This document shows, piece by piece, positions 11,291 through 25,632 of a DNA stretch of 64,000 bases. The notes beneath the pieces are model-generated. The model was not told the DNA's origin, ran no database searches, and was given only the letters and a program-made list of their open reading frames with translations. The stretch's first letter is position 1, and every line of letters starts with the position of its first letter. A program made the translations under genes and the position numbers. Source of the stretch: Eledone cirrhosa (taxonomy: Eukaryota); NCBI GenBank assembly GCA_964016885.1, contig OZ024741.1, positions 288,858,001 to 288,922,000 on the forward strand, in the 5' to 3' direction.

Positions 11291-12463
11291 CCTTCCATTT
11301 CTTCTTGGCTAAATTGTTGTACACATACTTTTGCTTGTTATCCTCGAATTCTATTTGTAGTTCAAAGCATCCTGGACTTTGTACGTACACTCTTGCATAG
11401 TTTTCATGATAAATTAGTCGAAAAGACACTCTATTGTATTTAACCGTATGTTGTCTCATCTTACTGTGTTGCAATCTCTGTTAGACTGGAGTGTATGATC
11501 CTGTTCTTAATTTATTGAAATCGTGGTGATCTTCAAGTGATAGCTGATAATAAAAGTATTCGTTCGTGTTTTCTACTGTCTGTCTACATCACGTGTACTC
11601 AGGTTTTGATTTATGGCGTATAGATATTTTTGTATATATTTTCGGTTAGAAATAGTCGTTTTTATGCACATATAGTGTTTATTTTCTGTCTGGTTACTTT
11701 GTTGTAGTGTTGTCTTATGCTTCTCTCCGGCGTCTAAACAATTGTAAGGTGTTGTACCACCTAGCAATAATATTAGCATTCCATCCTAACGTACACAATT
11801 GTATTTCCAGGGGGTGGCTGATGAGGTGATAAGAAAGATTCTTGTATTCGTTTGTCATTTATGACCGTTTTTTCATGTGTACATTTACTAATATATGTAT
11901 GTATGTATATATGTATGTACATACACACACACACACATATATATATATATAGTGTAGTCGATGAAACCTCATTACCAGAAAAACAACCTGGCAGTGTTAT
12001 CAAATGTAGTCGCAGTATACATATATATATACAAACACACACACACACTTACACAAACACACACTTACACACACACACACACACACATACATACATACAC
12101 ACACATACACACACACATACATACACACACACGTATATATATATAAACATACATGCAGGTATACATGTATGATATATGCATAGTTGCCTCCTTTTTACAC
12201 ACTTTTTGAAGTGCTACCGTATAACACACACCTACATTTTCTCTCCTCCTTCTCACTCTTCACTCACGTTTCCCTCCCCATTTAAGCTTTTACTTTTTCT
12301 CTCTCCTTTTCTCCTCCTACCCTCTCACTCTTTCTCTTCCCCTCCTCTCACTCTCTCTCCTTTTCTCACCCCCTCTCTCTCACTATCGTATACTTTCTGG
12401 TTATATTTAACATAAGTTGCAGCTTTATGTTTGGATGTCACACTATCAGACAATAACATAGAG

Positions 12464-12464
<1 letters not shown>

Positions 12465-12497
<33 letters not shown>

Positions 12498-12509
12498 CAC
12501 ACACACACA

Positions 12510-12565
<56 letters not shown>

Positions 12566-13242
12566 TACACACACACACACAGTCACACATATAATCATTC
12601 ACAATACCCCACAAACAATCGCACACAGAATCATTCACTCAAACATTCACAGACAAAGAGAGAGAGAGAGAGTGTTTGAGAGAGATAGAGACAGTTGCAC
12701 ATGGAATCACATACACAAACACTCATGCAGACATACACACACACACACACGCACACGCACACGCACACGCACACGCACACGCACACGCACACACACACAC
12801 AATTACACATAGAATCGCACGCACAAACACTCATGCAAACATACACAGAAACACACACATACACAGAAAGACACGAAATCACACGCAGCCAGACACATAA
12901 TCACTTATACATAGACACACACACACAAATACAGCCAGTGACAAAATCACTTACATGAATACTTACACACTCACACATCCACAAACACACGCTCAGACGT
13001 TGACACACACCAACCACACACACAGACACGAACGCAAAGCCACTCACACAAACACACAGTCACACATATAATCACTCACATGCAGATGGACACGCACACA
13101 CACACTCAGTCGCATAGGGAATCACTCACACGAACACACACGAAAGCATATGCAGATAACCATTCACATGCAAACACTAACCCACACACAAACACACTCA
13201 CACACACACACACATACACACACACGCGCGCACACACACGCA

Positions 13243-13325
<83 letters not shown>

Positions 13326-13595
13326 AAATACGGCCAGACACAGAATCACTTGCAGAAACACACACCCAAGCGCACATTAATCATTCACATGTATGCATAC
13401 ACACACAGAATCACAGGAACACACACGCACATACACACATCAAATGCACACGTACACATACACACAAATCCAGACACAATCATTCACGCAAACACACAAG
13501 CAGGCACACACACACACACGCACATCCAGCCCCCACAGAACACACATACACTTGCACACACCTTCATAATCACCTTATCCTGCCCACACACATAA
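12465..13595. repeat. (CA)n microsatellite/minisatellite region
   Basis: CA runs with recurrent AGAATCAC units. Confidence 0.9.
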
Positions 13596-13882
13596 TACAG
13601 TTACAACAGAAATCTAAACATCGATCTGTTAGAAAATGAGAGACACACGAGAAGTTAGTCCTAGATACTGAATACCCGAGTTATGGGCAGGTTGTTGAGG
13701 GCAGAAACGTTTTTGAATATTTGTATATTGGAGCAGGGTTGACCTAGGGTTAAACGATAACAAGAATAGACCGACGTTCTCACACAGCACTATTGCATAA
13801 ACACGTAGATACACGTAGCAGCACCCCTATACAATTCCATACACAAAAAGTTTGTTTATACAAAATACATACCATGCATACA

Positions 13883-13934
<52 letters not shown>

Positions 13935-13945
13935 TAGATATATCT

Positions 13946-14016
<71 letters not shown>

Positions 14017-14018
<2 letters not shown>

Positions 14019-14100
14019 AACAAGTATGACCCCAACGGCAGAGCTCAAGCCGTTTCGAGGGCTATTTCTGGACTGAAATAGCCGTCGAAACGGCTTGAGC
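14017..14100. mobile_element. Fold-back PLE-like terminus, family 1 (partial)
   Basis: Palindrome centred on TGGACT; same sequence family as 17036-17227. Confidence 0.75.
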
Positions 14101-14479
14101 AGGAGAGTGAGAAGGAGAGATGAAAGAGAAGAAGTGAAGAAAACATAGAAGAATCAATCACATGACTGGAATGGTACCTTTTTTTTTTATCCACTTCGAA
14201 ATGAGGAAAGGTAAAGTTGAAGGGGTCAAGATTTAGAGTTGGAGAGCGCATAGACCCTGAATATGACAGAACAGTCTATCCAAAGTTCTAATGACTAGAC
14301 CAATACATATAGTATGTTACGTTCCCGAAACTCCTGAGGGAATCGTAGGGGCACCGTAATGACATACAGTGTTTCTAGGGCATTTTAAGCGTGTTGGATG
14401 CTATCCCCTCTCCAGGTTTCAATAAAGCAGATTTCTTCCAGGGAAGGATAGAGAGAGAGAGAGCAGAAGTGAGAAAAAA

Positions 14480-14663
14480 TATAGAGGGATGATCGACCTC
14501 GATACTACGTTGGTAATTTTTTTTTTTTTCGGCTTCGAATGGATGAAAGATTAAGTTGACCTCGGCAGGATTTGAACTCAGAGAGCAGAAAGCCGGAAGG
14601 AACACCACAAAGCATTCTATCTGACGTTCTAACGACTCAACCATTTCGCCGCCTTGCCAATTC
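14480..14663 (-). mobile_element. Nin-type SINE (diverged)
   Basis: GGATGAAAG..GTTGACCTCGGCAGGATTTGAACTCAG..TTGCCAAT. Confidence 0.75.
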
Positions 14664-14989
14664 ATATAACAATGTAAAAAAAAAATCAAAGACAAAAATA
14701 TATATACAAACAGTGGTAGGGGAGATTAAAGTATTTTCGTTAGGGTCTCATCTCACGTTGTTTTTTCTAGCACCCCCTAAAAGACTACGGTGGCATGGCG
14801 GGGGGGATAATCGCCCGGAAGCAAACAATAATTAAGGGAAGTATATGTTTAACTATAATTCGACAATTGTATGATAACTAGTAATATGAAGTATAGAGAG
14901 ACAGAAACAAGGTGACAGAGCGGGGATGGGATAGTTTTCTGTATGTATGGGGGATCTTCTGATGTTTTGTACATTTGTGTGTGTCAGTG

Positions 14990-15075
<86 letters not shown>

Positions 15076-15191
15076 TGTTGTGCTTGTCTATAATTATGTG
15101 TTCATTTCTCTGTACAGAGAAACACCCAGACACGTAGTTGTGTGTGTATATTATATATATATATTATATTATATTATATTATATTATATTG

Positions 15192-15288
<97 letters not shown>

Positions 15289-15426
15289 ATATTATAATAT
15301 ATATATATATATATGTATGTATGATATTATAATATATATATATATATCTGTGTGTATGATATTCCAATAAAATATATATATATATATAAAAGTGAAAATA
15401 TATATATTATATTATATTATATTGTA

Positions 15427-15479
<53 letters not shown>

Positions 15480-15481
15480 AT

Positions 15482-15532
<51 letters not shown>

Positions 15533-15984
15533 TAGGGAGAAAGAGGGGGGTGAGAGGGAGAGAGAGAAAGAATGAGAGAGTAAGAGAGAAATAGAGAGCT
15601 ACACAGTCACCACACGTACACATAGTTGGACATGCACACACACACGCACGCACACGAACATATATATTTATGATACATTTCATCCTTGTACTGTGGCGTT
15701 TGCTTTGTTATTTCTGTTTGCGTTTTGCATACATACAGACGGGCGCACACACTCACACACACACACACCCACATATGTATATATAAATTATATATATGTA
15801 TATGTCTGTGTATGTATGTATGTGTATGTACGTGTATGTGTACATATCCTGAGCATATATATTGTGAGTGTATATAATATATGTGTATGTATGCACATAC
15901 ATTGACACACACACATATACATGAGCGAGTGTGAGTATGTGCTTGCATCTGTCGGCCTGGATATATGTATATCAGGCCGTCCTC

Positions 15985-16369
<385 letters not shown>

Positions 16370-16412
16370 GGCGTAAGCATACAATACAACGGGAGGAAAC
16401 ATAATAGCACCA

Positions 16413-16447
16413 CTGACGATGTTGCAGATGTGCAACGAAAGAACTTT
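16413..16447 (+). ncRNA. Hammerhead-like core
   Basis: CTGACGA t GTTGCA-gatg-TGCAAC GAAA; stems I and III weak. Confidence 0.45.
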
Positions 16448-16609
16448 GTTAGACTATATATATGTGTTTGTGTCTATATTGTATCTGTATTTTTGACCGT
16501 TGGTCAGTCAATGGTAACATTGAGGAATAAATAAATTAAATTAACCGATATAAAAGACACAGAAGCGAAAACCAACCAAACAGTGAGTGTGTTCTGTTAT
16601 TAATTCTGG

Positions 16610-16673
<64 letters not shown>

Positions 16674-16866
16674 ATATATATATAAAATAAGTTTAAGTAA
16701 AAACTTTAATCTATTATTTCAATAGCAGATTAAAATTTTCACCCTTAAGAGGACCTTCTGAAACTAAAAAAAATCAATCTGTGGCCGCAAAAGTAAATAT
16801 TTCGAAAAACGTTACAACCGAAGGAAAACTGGAAGACGATACTTTGGTAGTCTTCACATTTCTTAT

Positions 16867-16902
<36 letters not shown>

Positions 16903-16968
16903 ATAATAATAAATTTGAAGACTAAAACCCAAAGAGGGCTCGATAAGGATAAATATATAAGAACCCGT

Positions 16969-17035
<67 letters not shown>

Positions 17036-17036
<1 letters not shown>

Positions 17037-17227
17037 CGAAGGAAATGTGGTAAGGAACCAGGTGGACCATAACGCACCAAAGTACTCTCAATACTTAGGG
17101 TAGTAGAGTGGGTAATAGGAACGAGTAGGACCCCGACGGCTGAGCTCAAGCCGTTTCGACGGCTAATTCTGGACTGAATTAGCCGTCGAAACGGCTTGAG
17201 CTCAGCCGTCGGGGTCTTACTTGTTCC
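17036..17227 (-). mobile_element. Fold-back PLE-like terminus, family 1
   Basis: Near-perfect palindrome ~17115-17230; GAAA CGGC-ttgagctca-GCCG TC GGGGTC matches HHR stem III/GUC/stem I'. Confidence 0.8.
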
Positions 17228-17259
<32 letters not shown>

Positions 17260-17578
17260 CATATGTGTTTGTGTAACTAGAAATCATAGAAATATTTACA
17301 GAAATATTTAACAGTGATATTTACAGAGTTACGAGAGAATTATCATTAGGAATGTGAGTTGTTTACATCCGAAGACCCAGTACTCGGTGTTGTGACAGAG
17401 CTAATGGTATATCATGCATATAATGCATATTTGACCTTGAAATAATCTGTTCACACACACACTCACTCTCACATGTGCACACCCACATATATAACTACAG
17501 ACTTCACTCTAATTACATATGCGATCGCGAGCATGCTGTTATATATATGTTTCGATAGTCATGTGTGCACGTTCGTGC

Positions 17579-17625
<47 letters not shown>

Positions 17626-17781
17626 CATGTGTGTGTGTATGCGTGTGTGTGTGTGTGTGTGTGCATGGGTATCTATAACCAAATTTGCATATGCGCATTT
17701 AAATATACGTAAATGTAAAGCAACATAGATCTACACGACTGTTAATACGGCGCCTATACGCGACCATGCATGAATATTTAT

Positions 17782-17828
17782 ATATACTAGCAGAAAACCA
17801 CTCGACGGGTGGTTTTCTGCTAGTATAT
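17782..17828. repeat. 47 bp hairpin (tiny MITE/Helentron-like end)
   Basis: ATATACTAGCAGAAAACCAC / GTGGTTTTCTGCTAGTATAT. Confidence 0.85.
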
Positions 17829-18015
17829 GTAGTGTGCATATTGATATTATACGCAAATATATATGCATGTAAATATAATACATCAAATAAAATCGTAATT
17901 GAGAATATGCACAAAAATTGAATAGAGACTGTGTTACACTGTCTCCTGTAATTAGTAATCCATGATACATTTAAAAAAGATGACATTATATATAAACCGC
18001 CCTATTTATAAATAG

Positions 18016-18235
18016 GGCGGTGGATTGGCAGTATCGGTAGAGAGTTGGACACCATGTTCTGCAGCATAGAGTTACGGCCCTTTTTGATCTGAGTTCAAAT
18101 CCCGCCGAGGTTAACTTTGCCTTTCATCCTTACGGGGTCGATAAAATAAAGTACCAGTCACACACTGGGGTCGATTTAATCGACTTTCCCCTCCCCAAAA
18201 ATTTCTGGCCTTGTGCCTATATAAGAAACCATTAT
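18016..18235 (+). mobile_element. Full-length Nin-domain tRNA-SINE
   Basis: A-box-like TGGCAGTATCGG, B-box GAGTTCAAATCC, Nin core GCCTTTCATCCTTACGGGGTCGATAAAAT. Confidence 0.88.
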
Positions 18236-18587
18236 ATATAAGAATATTTATGTTTAACCAACAGCTACGAAATTTAGTACATAAATTATGTAATATTCAT
18301 TCATCATTTATTCAAAGTAATCCAACTTATTTTACTAACTTATTAAATTATGATTCGTTATTATGGCTAAATGATGAGTCTTGTTACTCTTGGGTTTCAC
18401 AGGATCTTCAGAAATGATGTCTTGTATGATGATCCTGTACGTGCACAGGTAAAACTCCAGAGTAACAAGACTTCCCACTTAGCGATATTTAAAAAAAATA
18501 TTTAAACACTAAATCGTGATTGAATTGTCATTCTGATGATCGTCAATATGATACAGTACATAATAACTTCTTTTATTTCTCATTCTA

Positions 18588-18627
18588 TATTCTGGTGAAG
18601 AACTAACATCCGAAACGTTACGAATCA
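18588..18627 (+). ncRNA. Degenerate minimal hammerhead
   Basis: attCTGGTGA..tccGAAACGTTAcgaat; related to 25307-25343. Confidence 0.45.
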
Positions 18628-18660
18628 TTTAATGTATCGTGTGACTTTTGGGCCACCCTG

Positions 18661-18734
<74 letters not shown>

Positions 18735-18736
<2 letters not shown>

Positions 18737-18895
18737 AACGAGTAGGACCCCGACGGCTGAGCTCAAGCCGTTTTGACGGCTAATTCTGAGCTCAGCCGTC
18801 GGGGTCCTACTCGTTCCTATTACCCACTCTACTACCCTAAGTATTGATACTTTGGTGCGTTATGGTCCACCTGGTTCCTTACCACATTTCCTTCG

Positions 18896-18896
<1 letters not shown>
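18735..18896 (+). mobile_element. Fold-back PLE-like terminus, family 1
   Basis: Same family in the opposite orientation; ends CCTTCGT(TA)n. Confidence 0.8.
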
Positions 18897-18935
<39 letters not shown>

Positions 18936-20451
18936 CAACTAAAAAAAAAAAAAAAGAGCGGGAGCCGTTTGCTTCGACCATTTTATTCCCTTTTCATATG
19001 ACTATTGTCTCGGTCTTTTTTTTTTTTCGGTGTTTTTCACACCTACAGTTGCGGCTATTACTACCAGCCCACCTTTACCACTCTGAACCTCATTTAGTCT
19101 GTGTTTCCATAGGTTTAACTGAACACCTTCGCTACATATTTTCCAACTTCAATGTCATACATTCAACTACATATGTATTTTGTCTTAGCTATATAATTTC
19201 ACCTAACATTTGTTTACTTTTCGTCTTATAAAATATTCTAAGACAGCGTTTGACTAACTTGTTAGAGATTGTGGCCCCGCATGATCCAACAGTACCTGGT
19301 CGAGACTGTGTACATCAATTTCTACAGCCTATAACCGCGTAGATCTTATAACTCTTGTCAATTCTGATATAATTATTCGTACAAATAGTATATATAACTG
19401 CAGAAATACCTCCATTTTGGTCAATGTAGACCACAACTAGTATCCTCGGTAATATTTGATGTTTTATAAAATATAATTGTGTTATCAAATATTGCCTTTT
19501 CTTTTCAATGCTGCTTTGTATTGTATTTTGTAATGACATGTTTCAAATGTCTATAGGTTAAACTGTGGTACTCATTTGTCCAAATGTAAAGTTTACTATA
19601 AAAGAAAATTATAACTTTTATATTTACATTTAAATTCCATGTAAGTTTTATGAAGTCATTGTGAGGCTTGCGAACTTCTACTTCGTAACTTCGATGAGAT
19701 TTATAAGTTTGGTAATTGTGTCGTATATTATCTATAGTTAGTTTATTTATTTCTTCATTTATTGCTTATTCGGGAGCAAGAGTAATGCCAATGACCCTTT
19801 TCGGGGACTCTGAGGATGGGAGAAAAGAGGAAGAAAAGTATCCCCAAACGGGATACCTTCTCCGAATGCTAGTTACTAAAGGCAGCCAAAAGCGAAATAA
19901 ATAATGTCTACAATCCAGGAACAAAAATCAGAGCAAATGCCATAAGTGTTTCGTCCGATGCTTTAACGATTCCACTAGTTCTCTACGTACTTTATTTATT
20001 AATCTAAGAAAAATTAAACAGAAATTTTACCTCTGCGGCATGTGAACTCAGCAAGTAAAGAACCAGAATGAAAACCACTCGGCATTTCGTCCAACACAGA
20101 AATGCCACTACCAAGTCACCACCTATAATGGTTTGCTGGAATGTATTTGGCGTTGTGTTTAATGAGTTTTTTTTGTTTTTGATAACTTGTTCAACTATCC
20201 TATAAGCAATGTGCATTTTGTTTATGAAATGCATTTTATGTCCGCTTTGTTTGTTTTGATGATGTGTTCTATATGTTATAGTTATTGCTTTTACTTCATT
20301 TCTCTATCATTGTGTGTAGATTGATCTAATAAATTATTTGTATAAACATTATTGAGTTGCAGTTGCACTATTTTATTAATTTATTTCCATAGAGTTTCTA
20401 TCGTGGAGGATAATCCGAATGTTCCGTTCTTCTGCGTAGCGATTTTTATAA

Positions 20452-20603
<152 letters not shown>

Positions 20604-21019
20604 TGCAGCGACTCACTATCTTACGCATGCGCAGTCATTTATTGGTCGTTTTAGTTTATATTTATGTATGCTGATATGTAGCAACTTAATTTTGCATTGA
20701 TTCTAAGGTTTTATCTGAGCAGTGTTGGATATTACAGTGCAGATACCTAATCTGCCATGCTGTTTAACACCCCAGATAACATCCTTTAGTGGATTCCATT
20801 AATTTGCTAGCGTACTGAACAATTCTCCGGTTTAAGGATCTTCAAATTCCCACTTTCCCGATTAGATTCTGAGGCTCAGTAAAGTGTCCGTATGTTATTC
20901 TTCATACACTAAGCGATTAAAAATAGGGAATTATTTTCAAATGTTTTAGTTGGTCGACTTCTTCATAGCTGTCCGTTTCCGTGAAATTCTCTCCACACAT
21001 ATATATTGTATAAATCAAA

Positions 21020-21203
21020 TAATTGTTTCTACATTTGGCACAAGGCCAGCAATTACCCAGTGCATTACTGGTACTTTATTTTATCGACCACGTAAGGATG
21101 AAAGGCAAAGTTAACCTCGATGGGATTTGAACCCAGACCGTAAAGGGACATAACTATGCTGGAAAGCATGGCGTCCGACCCTCTACCGATACTGCCAATC
21201 CAC
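21020..21203 (-). mobile_element. Nin-domain SINE
   Basis: Reverse complement of the 55919-56108 type. Confidence 0.85.
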
Positions 21204-21276
21204 AGATGTTATTCACATATATCTGTTTGTCTCATGCATATATAAAGAGACGTATATATATACGTATATATATATG

Positions 21277-21459
<183 letters not shown>

Positions 21460-22149
21460 AATGAATGACACTTGTTCAATAACACGCTGACACGTTGATA
21501 GGCATAACATAATATTATTAACTTTGATCTATACCATTATTTCTCTATCTTTATTTTCCTATCTAAGTTTTAAATTTTAGTTTAAATATCCAACCCGTAT
21601 ATTTTTACGGAACTTATTTTTAACTGAATCATTCATGTGTTTACATTTTTTATTTATAATATGTATGTACTTATCTTTGTAAGTTTTTAAATATACCTAC
21701 CGTATTTTTCTATCCATGATTCAAATATAGAGCAAATATCCAAACTATAAATTATTACGGACCTTATTTTGAACTCTGAATTATCCATGCATTTATTATT
21801 ATTTTTCTGATATATATGTATGTATTTAACTGTAACACGTTGAAATCTATTATATAAGATTATAATCGTTATCTTTTACCTAAAGTATACTGTATCACTA
21901 ATACTTAATATATATCTATATATACCTCTCTGTATCTCTCTACACATAATTTTTAGATAACTTCTAAATTTTTAGATTATTATTTATTTTGAACTGTGAA
22001 TAATTCATGCATTTACACCCTTATATATATAGGTATCTATTTAACTTTAGCATGTTTGAATCTATTATTTTATATTCGTTATCATTTACCTAAAATATAC
22101 TGGCTCATTAATATATCTCTATATACATAATCGTTATTTAAATATTTCT

Positions 22150-22975
22150 AACAATAAGTACTTCATAAGCTTTACATACCGAAAATGTTGACATTTGTAT
22201 AGGTAATCTTCGTTAAAGATTACATTTAGGAAAATATTCAACAGTGTAAATTTTCCTTTCGCTGGCCAGGTATATCCTTTAAATTTTATCCTCATAAAAT
22301 TCAGAAGTTTAGAAATGTTAACACACTTATAGAATTTATAAAATTAATAAATATAAATAACCAGCAACTTTTAAAAAAACCTAAAATCTTGATTCTTCAC
22401 CCTTAAAATAACATAAATTAAATATTTTGAAATTTAACCGTTTAGCTTTTGGGAAAAAATCTCTTTCTGCATATATTACTCCCCTTTATCTTTCCCTCTC
22501 TTTAAATCCTCTTTCAGCGGCCCTCATGGACAGTTATAATTCATGAGATGTTTTCCAAGATAACCATAACTTGTAGTATCCTACATTTGAAAATCTCTAT
22601 AGCTGTCACATTAACCAACGTTTTTCTTACTCACACATTCTCTATTGAATTTATTACGTTTTCGCATTTTCTCATTATTAGGGTATAAATGTTGAGTTTT
22701 CTATTGGGTTAATCACTATCTTGATTAAATCTTAACCATTTAACATCCCAGTGTATGTCATGTATCATTATATTTTGTCAGATGAGGACGTACTGTTGTA
22801 CCTCCGAAATATGTATAATAAAATTTAATTGATCAAAAGAACATCTATTTTATTAATATTTGTATTTTAATATTAATAACTCTGGAAAATTATTTTCTGT
22901 AGAGTGCTTCTAGTCTACTGTAAAACTCATTCTTTGATGTACTCATTGAATCTTGTTTAATTCTTTAATATATAT
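22150..22975 (+). mobile_element. Decayed PLE 3' region with hammerhead relic
   Basis: CAGATGA GGA..TCC GAAATATGTA at ~22779-22815; AT-rich decayed upstream sequence; ends in (TA)n. Confidence 0.4.
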
Positions 22976-22989
22976 ATATATATATATAT

Positions 22990-23742
22990 ACTATCAATAA
23001 TAATGAGTTCAAAACTCAGGCAGTCTTTTACAATGAAATAGCTCAAAGAAAGAAGTATTTCTGAGCCGTGTAATACAAGTTAATATAAATTAATATATTT
23101 GATAAACACAAATACCAACATATTCATGTTTGTATTGTAAATGACCAAGTTAGCTAGATTGAAATATACTAATAATAATAATACATTTTGCCTGTCTCGA
23201 TTTAAGATAATAAATCAATAAAAACAAATCATATTGGCAATGGCCGTAGTGCTTGGACAAATTTAAATTTCAAAATCAAACCTGTTCCGTAGACAGGTTT
23301 AAACGTTAAAATCCAAATATGTTTCGAATAATGAAAAAGTGAAAGAATACCGCATTTTGATCTCCTCAGCAAGCACTATAAAAATTGATATATTTCACTT
23401 CAAAATATTTAGAAAGACTGATTAACGCACATGGTATTTCACGCGGTTATCCAGTGTCTAGCTGTCACATACTCGTGCTGCTAGAAATAACAGCCGTTTG
23501 TATGGGGCTAAATTCAGCTCAACAAAGGAGCAGTGATACTATCAATAATAATGAGTTCAAAACTCAGGCAGTCTTTTACAATGAAATAGCTCAAAGAAAG
23601 AAGTATTTCTGAGCCGTGTAATACAAGTTAATATAAATTAATATATTTCATAAACACAAATACCAACATATTCATGGTCATTTACAATACAAACATGAAT
23701 ATGTTGGTATTTGTGTTTATCAAATATATTAATTTATATTAA

Positions 23743-23745
<3 letters not shown>
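22990..23745 (-). mobile_element. PLE-like unit with direct plus inverted terminal repeat
   Basis: ~140 bp direct repeat (offset 548); 23677-23744 is the reverse complement of 23078-23146; minus-strand CTGAGGA..GAAAC core at 23369-23321. Confidence 0.7.
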
Positions 23746-23803
<58 letters not shown>

Positions 23804-23882
23804 GTATATATGCGTCTCTTTATGTATGCATGAGACAAACAGATATATATGAATAACATTATTTGATTTATATATATATATC

Positions 23883-23928
<46 letters not shown>

Positions 23929-24083
23929 TCGAAGGGGTTTTAGACACGCAATATTTGGACAGGTAAATAAAATAACAGGTGACACACCAACATCATCCTT
24001 CCCATCAATTTATTCCAAAACTTACCGCTCATTTTTCATTATCGTAGCCTTCAAATAACAAACTGCTATATATATATATATAT

Positions 24084-24826
24084 TTGACCGCCGTTTTCAG
24101 TTTTTTTGGCCTCTATAACCTATGTTTAATGCTCTGGTCTTCATTTAGTCCATTGAACGCTTGCCGCATATCTCGAAAATTGACCACTGCCGAAATTCGA
24201 TCTCGCTGACATTATATTTGTACTAATCTCCCGGACCTAGCAATTAACCAGTTAATTCTATTAGATAATTCTATTGACTGATTAATTGCTTAAGTTTATT
24301 ATAAAAACAACCCGGTCGAGAGTTTAATTCGATTTGTGCAGTTTTTGCAATTCTTGCATTAATTTTACACATTCTGAATTCATTCGCCAAAACTGGGGTT
24401 ACCTCCCTCGCAGGGTAATACACGTAGGGTAATCACTACAACACATTAATATTGCAGGGATCCCGCTCGCTGGCTGAGAACAAAATACCTGTTGACGAAG
24501 TGGCAGCCTTGTTCGATCATTATACCAAAAGCTTAATATGGAAGCAGGCAGTATAATTGATTTAGGTGTCGCAGAAACCTTTCACTGGATTATACCATCA
24601 ATTCCAGGGGGTCCAGGTAAATTCTTTCATTTGACCTGTTTAGCTTGCTTCGTTTTTTTGGCTTCGGTGGCCGATGGCTTCTTGATCGCCGTTTTCAGTT
24701 TCTTTGGCCTCTATAACGTATGTTTATTGCTCTGGTCTTCTTTTAGTCCATTGAGCGCTTGCCGCATATCTCGAAAATTGCGTTTCGCTTTGTTTTTTAC
24801 CACTGCCGAAATTCGATTTCGCTGAA
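24084..24826 (+). mobile_element. (TA)n-flanked unit with ~125-145 bp terminal direct repeats
   Basis: 24084-24208 recurs at 24682-24826 (offset ~598); degenerate TTGACGA..AAAAGCTTA inside. Confidence 0.65.
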
Positions 24827-24858
24827 ATTATATATATATATATATATATGTATGTGTG

Positions 24859-25038
<180 letters not shown>

Positions 25039-25056
25039 TTATATATATATATATAT

Positions 25057-25173
<117 letters not shown>

Positions 25174-25306
25174 CATACACACAACGCCAACATCAATAGT
25201 TTTCCAAGAGATGGCAACATGAATGGGCTTGTTATTTTTCTCTAAAAACATTTTTTACAATTCCACCCCTCCCGTCCCTTCAAAATCTTTCTAATTTCTC
25301 ATTCTT

Positions 25307-25343
25307 TCTTCTGGTGAAGGATTAGCGTCCGAAACGTTAAGAC
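25307..25343 (+). ncRNA. Minimal hammerhead (A6G variant) in a PLE 3' end
   Basis: TCTT CTGGTGA aGGA-ttagcg-TCC GAAACGTTA AGA; same family on minus at ~57395-57425 and ~57635-57665. Confidence 0.6.
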
Positions 25344-25581
25344 CCTCTTCCTGCTATTTCAAGCGTTAACCTAATATATTCCTTCCATATACTGTACCGT
25401 TTGTGTTGTTATTTCTGTTTACCTTTTACATACATATATATATCAACGCTTACGTTGACCTCTCAAATTCGGTAGGTTTTCAAATTAGATTTTCACTTTT
25501 AAACTGGATATACACCCGGAGTTTACCTGAACTTCCACCAAGAAATCTTTTCGTATCACTGATATTTTCTTTGCTTCCTAC

Positions 25582-25631
<50 letters not shown>

Positions 25632-25632
<1 letters not shown>

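Noticed and set aside
17996-18021. 26 bp palindrome at a SINE 5' end
   Set aside because: Single small fold-back of the SINE start; no recurrence in other copies.
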